Source: Pecten maximus
Taxonomy: Eukaryota
Assembly: GCF_902652985.1 (NCBI RefSeq)
Contig: NC_047020.1
Coordinates: forward strand, 3,906,001 to 3,970,000
DNA: 64,000 bases
Direction of reading: 5' to 3'
How positions within the stretch are numbered: the first letter of the stretch is position 1; the number at the start of each line of letters is the position of its first letter. The notes beneath the pieces were generated by a model. That model was given only the letters and a program-made list of their open reading frames with translations, ran no database searches and was not told the origin of the DNA. The position numbers and the translations under genes were made by a program. Shown one piece after another: positions 46,401 through 58,017 of this stretch.

Positions 46401-47331
46401 CCCCATCGTCCCACATTAACTCTCACCACCATCGCCGTCCACATAGTCCCACATTAACTGTCCACCACCATCGCCGTCCCCATCGTCCCACATTAACTGT
46501 CCTACACCATCGCCGTCCCCATCGTCCCACATTAACTGTTCACCACCATCGCCGTCCCCATCGTCCAACATTAACTGTCCACCACCATCGCCGTCCCCAT
46601 CGTCCCACATTAACTCTCACCACCATCGCCGTCCCCATCGTCCCACATTAACTCTCACCACCATCGCCGTCCCCATCGTCCCACATTAACTCTCCACCAT
46701 CATCGCCGTCCCCATCGTCCCACATTAACTGTTCACCACCATCGCCGTCCCCATCGTCCCATATTAACTGTTCACCACCATCGCCGTCCCCATCGTCCCA
46801 CATTAACTCTCACCACCATCGCCGTCCCCATCGTCCCACATTAACTGTTCACCATCATCGCCGTCCCCATCGTCCCACATTAACTGTCCACCACCATCGC
46901 CGTCCCCATCGTCCCACATTAACTGTCCTACACCATCGCCGTCCCCATCGTCCCACATTAACTCTCACCATCATCGCCGTCCCCACCGTCCCACATTAAC
47001 TGTCCACCACCATCGCCGTCCCCATCGTCCCACATTAACTGACCACCATCGCCGACCCCATTCTCCCACATAAACTGACCACCATCGCCGTCCCCATTCT
47101 CCCACATAAACTGACCACCATCGCCGTCCCTTTCCCTTTATTATTGCCCGTCCCCTAAAAAATCCCATTATCGAAATAAAGTCTTTTTTTGTGTGTATTT
47201 TAGGATACACAGTTGTGGTTGATGGAGCCCGCGTCACACAGAAAGACTTAAGTGCTACTAACGGCGTCGTCCATAAGATTGATCACGTGCTCATACCTTC
47301 TAGTCTCAAGGCGAAAATCGCCGCTCTCTAA
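34461..47331 (+). CDS. Secreted two-FAS1 domain protein, TGFBI-like (gene B, 297 aa)
   Basis: Exons 34461-34608, 40063-40280, 44243-44429, 45480-45578, 45869-45982, 47204-47331; GPFTLFAPDD, LKYHVV, NGVIHRISRVL, NGVVHKIDHVLIP; AATAAA at 47348. Confidence 0.93.
35083..39505. repeat. 36/38-bp minisatellite (AACTCTAGAACAAGGCGGGGTGATGTCGACATAACT), ~120 copies
   Basis: Tandem array in FAS1-B intron 1; explains ORFs 35370-39250. Confidence 0.98.
40788..40918. repeat. Inverted repeat of a palindromic interspersed element
   Basis: ATATCTAACAGTATCTTCAGTAATAC ... GTATTACTGAATACACTGTTAGATAT. Confidence 0.6.
42151..42261. repeat. Spacer-less palindrome (74-bp perfect core 42170-42243)
   Basis: TAGTTTCATCGGGGTATGAAACAAATTTTGTTTG|CAAACAAAATTTGTTTCATACCCCGATGAAACTA. 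Confidence 0.9.
42662..44066. repeat. 25-bp minisatellite (CAGACGGTTATACTCAGATCTTGGT), ~55 copies
   Basis: Tandem array in FAS1-B intron 2. Confidence 0.97.
46090..47130. repeat. 38/39-bp C-rich minisatellite (CATTAACTCTCACCACCATCGCCGTCCCCATCGTCCCA), ~27 copies
   Basis: Fills most of FAS1-B intron 5. Confidence 0.95.
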
Positions 47332-47499
47332 CACTGTACATAAACTTAATAAAACTGCAATATTTTATGACCAACTGTGTATTTGTTTTCTTTATGCCTG
47401 TTTATATTACATCGTATTGTATATCTCTAAATGTGACAAACAAAAATCAGAAAAAAAAAACCAACTGTGGAGTTGTTTTCTCGTGATAATTTTAATGGA

Positions 47500-48430
47500 A
47501 ACCGTGGCATGTCTCTTTGGCTTTCGGAAACTTTTCCCTTGGAATATTGGAACCATCATTCCATTATTTAAAAAGAGAGATGTAAATATAACGGACAATT
47601 ATAGGGGAATTACATTGGTAAGTTGTCTAGGGGAAATATTCACATCTATTCTTTCAATGAGAGATTGATTAAAATTAATAAAGCTTACACTATGATTACA
47701 GATGCTCAGTTTGGTTTTAGAAAGGACCTTTCGACAGTGGATGCTATTCTTGTTTTACAATCTTTGATTAATAGAACTCTAAAAACCCGTATCAGACTAT
47801 ATTGATAATGATTTTTCTTAAATGTTGAATCTCGCATTTCTGTTTTTGACACTTATGTAAATAGTATTTTGATGTATGGTTCTGAAATCTGGGGATATCA
47901 TAAAGCCTCTGCTATTGAGAAACTTAATATTTCATTTCTCAAGTCATTACTTGGACTCAGAAAATCAACGAATAATTTTTTTTTGTACATTGAACTTGGA
48001 AGATTTCCTTTGTATATATATATATTAAGAAAAGTCAATTTTTTTTTTAAATATTGGTTTAAATTAAAGCATTCAGATAATTGTGTACTCAAAGCATGTT
48101 ATGAGGAGATGTTGGAAAATGAAGACCCTTGGATTCTTAATTTAAAACAGGAACTTTTAACTGTTGAAATATAAAAAAATTCCGAGGGGAAAAAAAAAAA
48201 AAAAAGCTTTTTTGGATGATAACGATATAGAAGACGAATACCATTTTATCTTTAAATGTAAGTATTTCGCTGACATTCGTATTAATTTGATTAAACCATA
48301 TTATTTTAAAAAACCCTAATAGGTTTAAACTTATTCAATTAAGAGTAGAAAATATAAAAGAACTTAACAATTAAGGAAAATATTTATCACTGGCAAATAA
48401 ACGTAGGAAAGATTTGTTATCAAATTCTAA
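47500..48430 (+). mobile_element. Decayed non-LTR retrotransposon (LINE, L2/CR1-group-like) RT fragment with internal deletion
   Basis: IIPLFKKRD..DNYRGITLVSCLGEIFTSIL, QFGFRKDLSTVDAI, MYGSEIWG, ELGRFPL and IEDEYHFIFKC in broken frames; no YADD region seen. Confidence 0.85.
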
Positions 48431-49814
48431 TTAGAATATATTCATTTTCAACTTATTAGATTAATAATATATTAATTGTTATTGTTTTAAGACGGCTGTA
48501 AGAATTATTTTTGTTGTTGACTGTAAATGTATGTGAAGACAGTCAGTGCTATTTTGTAGAATGAATTATTAATTATGTAAGAGTGGGTACCTTTGTCCAT
48601 AATGTAGTGTATTATGTTATCCAATAAGTTGTAAAACTTACGGAATAAAGTTAATTGAATTGAAGATAGAACTGATGTTTTTGTTATTTGATAAAGAACC
48701 AAATATCTAAACATTAAATGTAACTGTGTGACCTTGTTTGTAATGTAGATCCTATATTTGTTTGTTTTAGATGTCTCTAGGAACATCTGTTTGTTAGTGG
48801 TTTTAAAGATACCCAAGCTAACTTTTTGTGTCGGTATTATTTTAATCGCCGTCCGTGTCTTTTTAATGGCAGTTTTCTGTTTGATGTCCCCAATGCGCCC
48901 CTTGTTAATTACTTAACAAAACCAACACTGGGTATATCGGCGGAGGTAATTACCTGGTGGGGTAAGCTAGGACGAGTAATACCGGGTAGGTGTTGTCTTA
49001 ACACGGCCGTTATCATCTATATCAAAGATAATAGACCGACATAGAAATAAAGTAGGAAAGTTTCTTGTGTTTTATTTATTGAATGTTTAAACTATGTTTA
49101 AAATATTAAAATGATTTATTTATAAATTTCTATATAATAAATGTGTGTTGTTGCTTAAAACTATTTAATTACAATACAAAAAACACACTACAATAATCTG
49201 AAATTAATGTTGGAGTTACTCAGAACATGTGTAAAATAAGTCTATAGAGCTTGTATTTTGACAAAAATAGGTAAAACTTGAAGTAAACATAACTAAAAAT
49301 TCATCTAGATGTAAGTGGAAAGTAACGTCAAATGTAAATACAGAAAGATAGCTACTAATACTAGTATGTTATTGGTAATAAATTATAATATGTTATTATC
49401 CAAGTCTATGTTTATGATAAGATATGGATTATTACAACTTATCCACACTAGTACGTATATAATAATGAGTCCGTCTAATTTAATCTAATGTCTCATTGTG
49501 CCTTAATTAGTAGATATTAGTGTCTAAGGCAACACAATGCACGTGACTCCGATAACATCATTATCATGGAGAAGTAAATATAATTAATTTAATAAACAAA
49601 GGGAACGTTTAAACGTATTTAGTATTCTCTCACATTTAATATACTTCATTTCATTTCAAAATATTTTATTCAATCAAGCATTTGAGTTAATTTACATACA
49701 ATATTTCATAATAGAGATAGAATTTAGATATAAAAATGGATTTGACAACAGGCTAAGCCTATACAGATCCATTTTATATACTTGTAACATAATGGAACGA
49801 AATCAACAGTATCT

Positions 49815-49912
49815 ATTAATTATCTCAATTAAGTATCTCAATTAATTATCTCAATTAATCATCTCAATTAATTATCTCAATTAATTATCTCAATTTATTA
49901 TCTCAATTAATT
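49815..49912. repeat. 13-bp tandem repeat (ATTATCTCAATTA)
   Basis: About 7 copies. Confidence 0.85.
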
Positions 49913-51041
49913 GATTTGAACAGATACGTCTTATCTATTACCAGAGACCTATATACTATTTAGTATATAAATCTCTGCTATTACAAAAAGTTCCTGTAAG
50001 GATAAAGTTCAAATGATTTCTTTTTATCATGTCTGACGATATTTTAAAAAGAATAATGACAATAACACAAAGTTCTTGCCTACACACTCTGAATCTTTTG
50101 GAATATACATTTATAATTGTAAATTATAAAATTTGTTAATTTATGGGATATTGTACCTTCCATGTAGATTTTGATATTTATTTCGACCTACTATCAGTTT
50201 CCTCAGCAGCTACTTTGGGCTCTTAGCGTCACTGATAAGTCATTAAAGGCTGTAATGACACAGGCTAATTGATTTTTGGCTCTACACTGACAACTAACTC
50301 CCAATTTGTGTTGAAAGGTGCTATCATATGTGTCCTCTGTACAGTTACATTTTCTTGGTTATTCCAACTTTAAGTTGCGAATAGGTTAGAATATCTATTT
50401 CAAAGAAAATAAATAAATAAATAATTTTGTGTCCTATATTTTTTAATCTAGCTAATGGTTCAGTTGTTTTTACAAGAGTAATGATGATACCCATTCATAC
50501 TATTAATTAATCGTTATCTATACAATGGTAGTATTACTATAGAGGGTCCTAAGTAGGCGCTGTTGTAGATAAATTACTCAAGCTTCATTGGGCTTAACGG
50601 GTCCAAGCCGTTAACACAGAGAGGTGATAAAATGAAAAAGTCAAACAACTCAATTGTTTCAAAAAAACACCTGACGTGTGCCTACGTCACCTGTGGGGCG
50701 TGGTCTCCCAAGCTGACCCCACGTGTACGGCCCCGGACACCTACAGGACATCGACTCATCATTACAAAGGTGCGATATTGTCCCCCAACTGAGTACATGC
50801 CCTTTCACTCACGGACACCCAGTGAGGAGTATAATACGTCACAACGATTCATTGTCACACAACATTCCACAACCTTTGACCTCTCCACATGGACGAAGAT
50901 TCTGTTCTTACTTGTTAGTAATTCTATTGGAATATAAACGTATATCAGAGGTCAGTGTTTACCATATAGTTATACATTAGACATACTAACTGTGTCTGAT
51001 ATTACAACCAACAAACGTGACTGTTAATATAATTCACCAGA

Positions 51042-53353
51042 ATGTCTAAGTCAGAATCCCGGGTCCTGCTGCTGGAAAACGACCACCTGGAAATGGCTAC
51101 ATCTGACCAAGAAAAGGACGGTGAGTGTCAATCTAAAATTCGACACATTCTTAAAGTGTATCCTGAATGTTTTTTTCATATCTTAATTGCGAATTCGTTC
51201 GCTTTTACATCACAAGTTATCGAAAACCGTCTTAGCAGTAACATACATTATATGTACATGTATTTTGAGATTGTTTTGACATATAGGTATTCGTTAACGT
51301 TGATATTCAATCATAATTTTACCGACCACATTATCATTTCTCTAGGATTTTCTGATTTAAACACATTGTACTCCATTGCCGTTTTAATTTTGCTTATCTG
51401 TCAATGAGCGGTGCATAAAAGTTTCTTTTTTAGTTTGAACGTTATTTTTAATTAAAATTCACTGTAAACTAATGCACAACAGTCAAACATATTCCTTATA
51501 ACGCTAATTGATAAACAATTACATTTAAAGAGTAATATTAATTTGTGAGAGATATGCAAAAAAAAAACAACAAAAAAAACATGGAGTATGTTAACTTTAT
51601 TTATTTCACAACAATTGCGAAACAGATTATGTCGCCCCGGATAGATGCGCGCGAGCTCGAGGGGTAACCCACGTGGTCGGGCATGTGACCCCTTACCATT
51701 TCACGTCCGATCGGGGAATCAAAACACAGAGCTTTGCATACATGTACATTGCATTACTCTATACAAGAGATAGCTTAAATATAAGATTTGTTTATATGTT
51801 TTCAGGATTTTCCTCTGGGTATGATTCCGCACAGGAAATATCCGATACAGAAACGAGTATGGAAAAACCACCGCAACATTACTTAACATGTGACCGTACA
51901 TGTGATAGCGAGTCCGAAGACGAGGCTACAGAAGTGATGAGTTACAAGAGCACCAACGCCCTCTGTGAACATCTCAAATACATCGTTTCCATGCCAGAGT
52001 TGTGTGACGTCACGTTTTTGGTTGGTCCAACCAAGGTTCCGGTTTACGGCGTAAAGGCAATTCTTGGCACCAGAAGCAGGTAAGTTTACCATTGAGATAA
52101 ACATTCTATTGTAATTTTTTCGTCTACATTATAATTATCATAACATTTTTCTACATAAAAATAATGCTTTCTGAGGCCAGGGGAGCCCGGGGGATAATCA
52201 TGAAATTACGTATTGGTTAGAAATTAGTAGTCTTGTATTTCTCATTTATCATTAGGGCCTATATGTTCCTGGTCCTGTGTGGAGAATTGAGAGAACTTTA
52301 CCAGTAGTGTAAATATAGTGTTTGTGAAATTCAACATGTTTCTATCACTATTTCAGAGTACTGTATCAACTCATTCTAAATCAGCAACATAAAACGAATG
52401 CAGAAAGAGCGTCATTCAAAAAGCTACGGAAGTCACATTCGAAATCACATGTCGTGATCGACGTGAACAAGTACGAGCCAGAGGACTTCCGAATGTTGAT
52501 ACAATTTGTTCATTGTGGTTCTGTAGACATCGGAGTCCATAACGTAGCAGGTACGTTTACGATTAAATCATTCTAAAGTTTTGTTATGGCTAATTTCTAT
52601 TTTATACTGCCGAACATACAAATGATGGCCTCGAACATACACACGCACATATGTATATACATGTATCATGATTTGTTTTATCAGTAACTTGTTCTGATGA
52701 ACATAATCTGAAAACGATGCATGTCTTTTTCAGTTGGTATTATAGGCACTATGCTTCTGTTTCCTTTTAAACGCTATAATTTGCAATGATCCACAATAGG
52801 TGTACTGTGTATACCTGGCACATTTTCAATAATGATAAAACAATACGTTTGATTGTGTAGGATTACTATGCGGGGCATATCAGTTTGGTTTGGAGGACCT
52901 CCGATCAGCCTGCTGGGACTTCGTCCGTCGATCCCTCGACAACATCGATGGACTAGATACTGCGCATGCGTTGATGGCATCAGCTTTCCGGTATAACCAA
53001 CACAAGACAACACGGAAACTCGTCTCTAAGGTAACATATCATTTTCGAGTTTGTACTGCTAGAGAGTGTATCTTTATGTCTATAAAGCAGCTGATAAGTA
53101 ATCATACATTGTATAAGAAAATAGTCACCTGGACTAAAATTAGGATTGCCAATTTATTTCCATAGTATAACTAGTATCTATTAACTTAAAATGGGTAATC
53201 ACTTTCATTTAAATCGATGCAAATATATAACCCGTTTCCTTTTTTTCACAGATCAACAAGTCGCTACAAGAAATCGAACAAAAGAAAAAGGAAAACAATC
53301 AGCAAACATCGAAAGGCTCCAAGAGGACATCAAAGGTGTCTACAACAGTATAG
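51042..53353 (+). CDS. BTB/POZ-domain protein (serine-enriched-protein-like, 272 aa)
   Basis: Exons 51042-51120, 51806-52079, 52357-52550, 52861-53030, 53252-53353 with matched phases; BTB motifs ELCDVTFLVG..VYGVKAILGTRSRV, FRMLIQFVHCG, LLCGAYQFGLEDLRSAC. Confidence 0.9.
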
Positions 53354-53677
53354 ACGATGACGGAAATGACGTCACAGAAATGATTACATGATAAAAAGTG
53401 CTTAATACAGTGAGGATTCAATTAATTTTGAGTATAAACATATTTAAATGTATGATAGAAGGGGTAAATTCTCCTTTCCGAAGTGCTGAACAATCGGAAC
53501 ACGTGCTCACCAAGAATATACCATTTTCGGTAAATGTCGGAACCCATAAACTGCATATAATATGTCTGATGTGATTTGTATTTCACTATTAGCTAAATTG
53601 TAACAACATATATTCCTGTTGTTTATTTCTTGATCAGAAGTTATAGGTAATGAAATATGACGATGATTCTGTTGTCG

Positions 53678-53850
53678 TTAACGACCAGGATTTGTAACAT
53701 GTTATGAGGTATGGTATGTGTGATAAATATAATAGGAACGACCAGAATTTGTGACCTGTTATGAGGTATGGTATGTGTGATAAATATAATAGGAACGACC
53801 AGGATTTGTAACATGTTATGAAGTATGGTATGTGTGATTAATATGATAGG
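53678..53850. repeat. 57-bp tandem repeat, 3 copies
   Basis: AACGACCAG(G/A)ATTTGT(A/G)AC(A/C)TGTTATGAGGTATGGTATGTGTGATAAATATAATAGG repeated. Confidence 0.85.
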
Positions 53851-54271
53851 TGGAAATATGAATATGAAGAGAGGCATTATAGCGAGGGAGACGGAGATAA
53901 AAGAGAGTGAGAGAATGAGTGTAACACTCTGTAATGTATTTTGTAATTTATTGTGATATTATGCTCATTTTCAATAAATATTTATTTTGGTATTTCTAAG
54001 AGTTTATAACGATTTGTTCATGGCGGTAGATTGCTGTATATAATGACGTCATTACCGCCATCACACAACCTGGGTAGTAGGCAGAGTAAGTTACATGTAT
54101 TTACAGATGTCTGGTTTGATAACCCGGGTTTGTAGTGTCCCCCTATACTATACTATCGTCACAGACACCAGTCTACAGTTATATCTGACTCTCCTTTATA
54201 TCATTCACATGAATGGTTGTTGATTTCGACAATGACGCTGTGTCGTACTGACAGAGACGCCAATGCGACAA

Positions 54272-54694
54272 CAATCTAATTAAAATCTAGATGGTCATTC
54301 TCACTACGTTACATGAACATCTAACAACATCCCATAAGGGGTCACGTCAGGGTGACCTTTTGGATTAGCCAATCAAATGACTACTTCCAGAATCTTAGAA
54401 GTGAATTTTATGTCCGAATTAGCATGACTAGAGTGCATAGCTTGTATAATATGTCAATTTGTTTCAAGTCATTTCGTCCCAGAAAGCATTTAGCTATATA
54501 CTGTGCCGAGATAGTTTGCTTCAGATGCATGCTATGACGAAATGTTTTGCTTCGATGACATCGAAAAATTGCCAATTCGCCCTGAAAGTGAAATACACAC
54601 ATCTCAGAGGTCATCAGAACGTGACCCCTAATGGGATGTTGTTAGATGTTCATGTAACGTAGTGATAATGACCACCTATATTTTAATTAGATTG
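54272..54694. mobile_element. MITE with long (~80-bp) terminal inverted repeats; miniature related hairpin at ~54915-54990
   Basis: CAATCTAATTAAAATCTAGATGGTCATTCTCACTACGTTACATGAACATCTAACAACATCCCAT is mirrored at the right end. Confidence 0.8.
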
Positions 54695-55254
54695 ATGCGA
54701 CAATACATCATGCGAAGAACATAAATCACTCCGTCGATGCAACATAATTCAATGTCGCGTTGTTGTATCATTTTGTCGCTTTGTCTCATCGGTGGTGCGT
54801 ACATTTTAGTGCGCTGTCTCGCTATCGCATTGGTACAATGTACCAACGCAATGAGGCCAAAATCAGCGATCATACCCATCACATGGAAGATGAAATTTTG
54901 TACATACAATAGAAATAATCTAATTAACATAAGATGTTCATTATCCGTCCGTAAACTCCAGATAATGAACATCTAGTTTTAATTAGATTGATAATAGGAA
55001 CAATACCTGATACCAAACGCTGAGAGCTGAGAGCTGGTGTTTTCGAATAAATGTAAACCATGTGGATACTGGGTAAAATCATATTCCTCTGCTGACAGCA
55101 TAGAGGAAAAGTTGGGATCAATTTCTTGCCACAGAGTCGACAACACTTAAATCACCCAGAAAGTCAACATCACTGCTATAAGTTCTCTTGTACCTATGCT
55201 ACGATCCAAATTCATCGTCACACCATCAGTCACGAATGACGAAACGGTATAAGA

Positions 55255-57991
55255 GGGTACTGGTCACAAAGGTGACAAAACTAAACATTGATAACTAGTA
55301 CTGGTCACAAAGGTGACAGAACTAAACCTTGATAACTAGTACTGGTCACAAAGGTGACAGAACTAAACCTTGATAACTAGTACTGGTCACAAAGGTGACA
55401 TAACTAAACCTTGATAATTAGTACTGGTCACAAAGGTGACATAACTAAACCTTGATAACTAGTACTGGTCACAAAGGTGACAAAACTAAACTTTGATAAC
55501 TAGAACTGGTCACAAACGTAACAGAACTAAACCTTGATAACTAGTACTTGTCACAAAGGTAACAGAACTAAACCTTGATAACTAGTACTGGTCACAAAGG
55601 TGACAAAACTAAACCTTGATAACTAGTACTGGTCACAAAGGTGACATAACTAACTTTGATAACCAGTACTGGTCACAAAGGTGACAAAACTAAACCTTGA
55701 TAACTAGAACTGGTCACAAAGGTGAGGGCACTTAACCGTGATAAATAGTACTGGTCACAAAAGTGACAGAAATAAACCTTGATAACTAGTACTGGTCACA
55801 AAGGTAACCGAACTAAACCTTGATAACTAGTATTGGTCACACAGGTAACAAAACTAAACCTTGATAACTAGTACTGGTCACAAAGGTGACAAAACTAAAC
55901 CTTGATAACTAGTACTGGTCACAAAGGTGACAGAACTAAACCTTGATAACTAGTACTGGTCACAAAGGTGACAGAACTAAACCTTGATAACTAGTACTGG
56001 TCACAAAGGTGACATAACTAAACCTTGATAACTAGTACTGGTCACCAAGGTGACAAAACTAAACCTTGATAACTAGTACTGGTCACAAAGGTGACAGAAC
56101 TAAACCTTGATAACTAGTACTGGTCACCAAGGTGACAAAACTAAACCTTGATAACTAGTACTGGTCACAAAGGTAACAGAGCTAAACCTTGATAACTAGT
56201 ATTGGTCACACAGGTAACAAAACTAAACCTTGATAACTAGTACTGGTCACAAAGGTGACAAAACTAAACCTTGATAACTAGTACTGGTCACAAAGGTGAC
56301 AGAACTAAACCTTGATAACTAGTACTGGTCACAAAGGTGACAGAACTAAACCTTGATAACTAGTACTGGTCACAAAGGTGACATAACTAAACCTTGATAA
56401 CTAGTACTGGTCACCAAGGTGACAAAACTAAACCTTGATAACTAGTACTGGTCACAAAGGTGACAGAACTAAACCTTGATAATTAGTACTGGTCACCAAG
56501 GTGACAAAACTAAACCTTGATAACTAGTACTGGTCACAAAGGTAACAGAACTAAACCTTGATAACTAGTATTGGTCACACAGGTAACAAAACTAAACCTT
56601 GATAACTAGTACTGGTCACAAAGGTGACAAAACTAAACCTTGATAACTAGTACTGGTCACCAAGGTAACAAAACCAATCCTTGATAACTAGTACTGGTCA
56701 CAAAGGAGACAGAACTAAACCTTGATAACTAGTACTGGTCACATAGGTGACATAACTTAACCTTGATAACTAGTACTGGTCACAAAGGTGACAGAACTTA
56801 ACCTTGATAACTAGTACTGGTCACAAAGGTGACAGAACTAAACCTTGATAACTAGTACTGGTCACCAAGGTGGCAGAACTAAACCTTGATAACTAGTACT
56901 GATAACAAAGGAAACAGAACTAAACCTTGATAACTAGTACTGGTCACAAAGGTGACAAAACTAATCCTTGATAACTAGTACTGGTTACAAAGGTAACAGA
57001 ACTTAACCTTGATAACTAGTACTGGTCACAAAGGTGACAGAACTAAACCTTGATAACTAGTACTGGTCACAAAGGTGACAGAACTTAACCTTGATAACTA
57101 GTACTGGTCACAAAGGTGACATAACTAAACCTTGATAACTAGTACTGGTCACCAAGGTGACAAAACTAAACCTTGATAACTAGTATTGGTCACACAGGTA
57201 ACAAAACTAAACCTTGATAACTAGTACTGGTCACAAAGGTAACCGAACTAAACCTTGATAACTAGTACTGGTCACAAAGGTAACAGAACTAAACCTTTAT
57301 AAATAGTACTGGTCACAAAGATGACAGAACTAAACCTTGATAACTATTACTGGTCACAAAGATGACAGAACTAAACCTTGATAACTAGTACTGGTCACAA
57401 AGGTGACAGAACCTAACCTTGATAACTAGTACTGGTCACAAAGGTAACGGAACTAAACCTTGATAACTAGTACTGGTCACCAAGGTGACAAAACTAAACC
57501 TTGATAACTAGCACTGGTCACAATGGTGACAGAACTAAACCTTGATAACTAGTACATGTCACAAAGGTGACATAACTAAACCTTGATAACTAGTACTGGT
57601 CACAAAGGTGACGAAACAAAACCTTGATAACTAGTACTGGTCACACAGGTAACATAACTAAACCTTGATAACTAGTACTGGTCACAATGGTTACAGAACT
57701 AAACCTTGATAACTAGTACTGGTCACAAAGGTGACAGAACTAAACCTTGATAACTAGTACTGGTCACAAAGGTGACAAAAACTAAACCTTGATAACTAGT
57801 ACTGGTCACAATGGTGACATAACTTAACCTTGATAACTAGTACTGGTCACACATGTTACAAAACTAAACCTTGATAACTAGTACTGGTCACAAAGGTGAC
57901 AGAAATAAACCTTGATAACTAGTACTGGTCACAAAGGTGACAGAAATAAACCTTGATAACTAGTACTGATCACAAACATGACAGAACTAAA
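55255..57991. repeat. 41-bp minisatellite (TTGATAACTAGTACTGGTCACAAAGGTGACAGAACTAAACC), ~65 copies
   Basis: Tandem array starting about 30 bp past the FAS1-C stop codon. Confidence 0.98.
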
Positions 57992-58017
57992 TTTGGTACA
58001 AAACGTTTACTGACAAA

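Noticed and set aside
46416-47237. Gly/Asp-rich ORFs
   Set aside because: Antisense translation of the 38/39-bp repeat.
55255-57991. CRISPR-like array (palindromic ~40-bp repeats; also the 32- and 36-bp arrays)
   Set aside because: No unique spacers, no cas genes, eukaryotic context.
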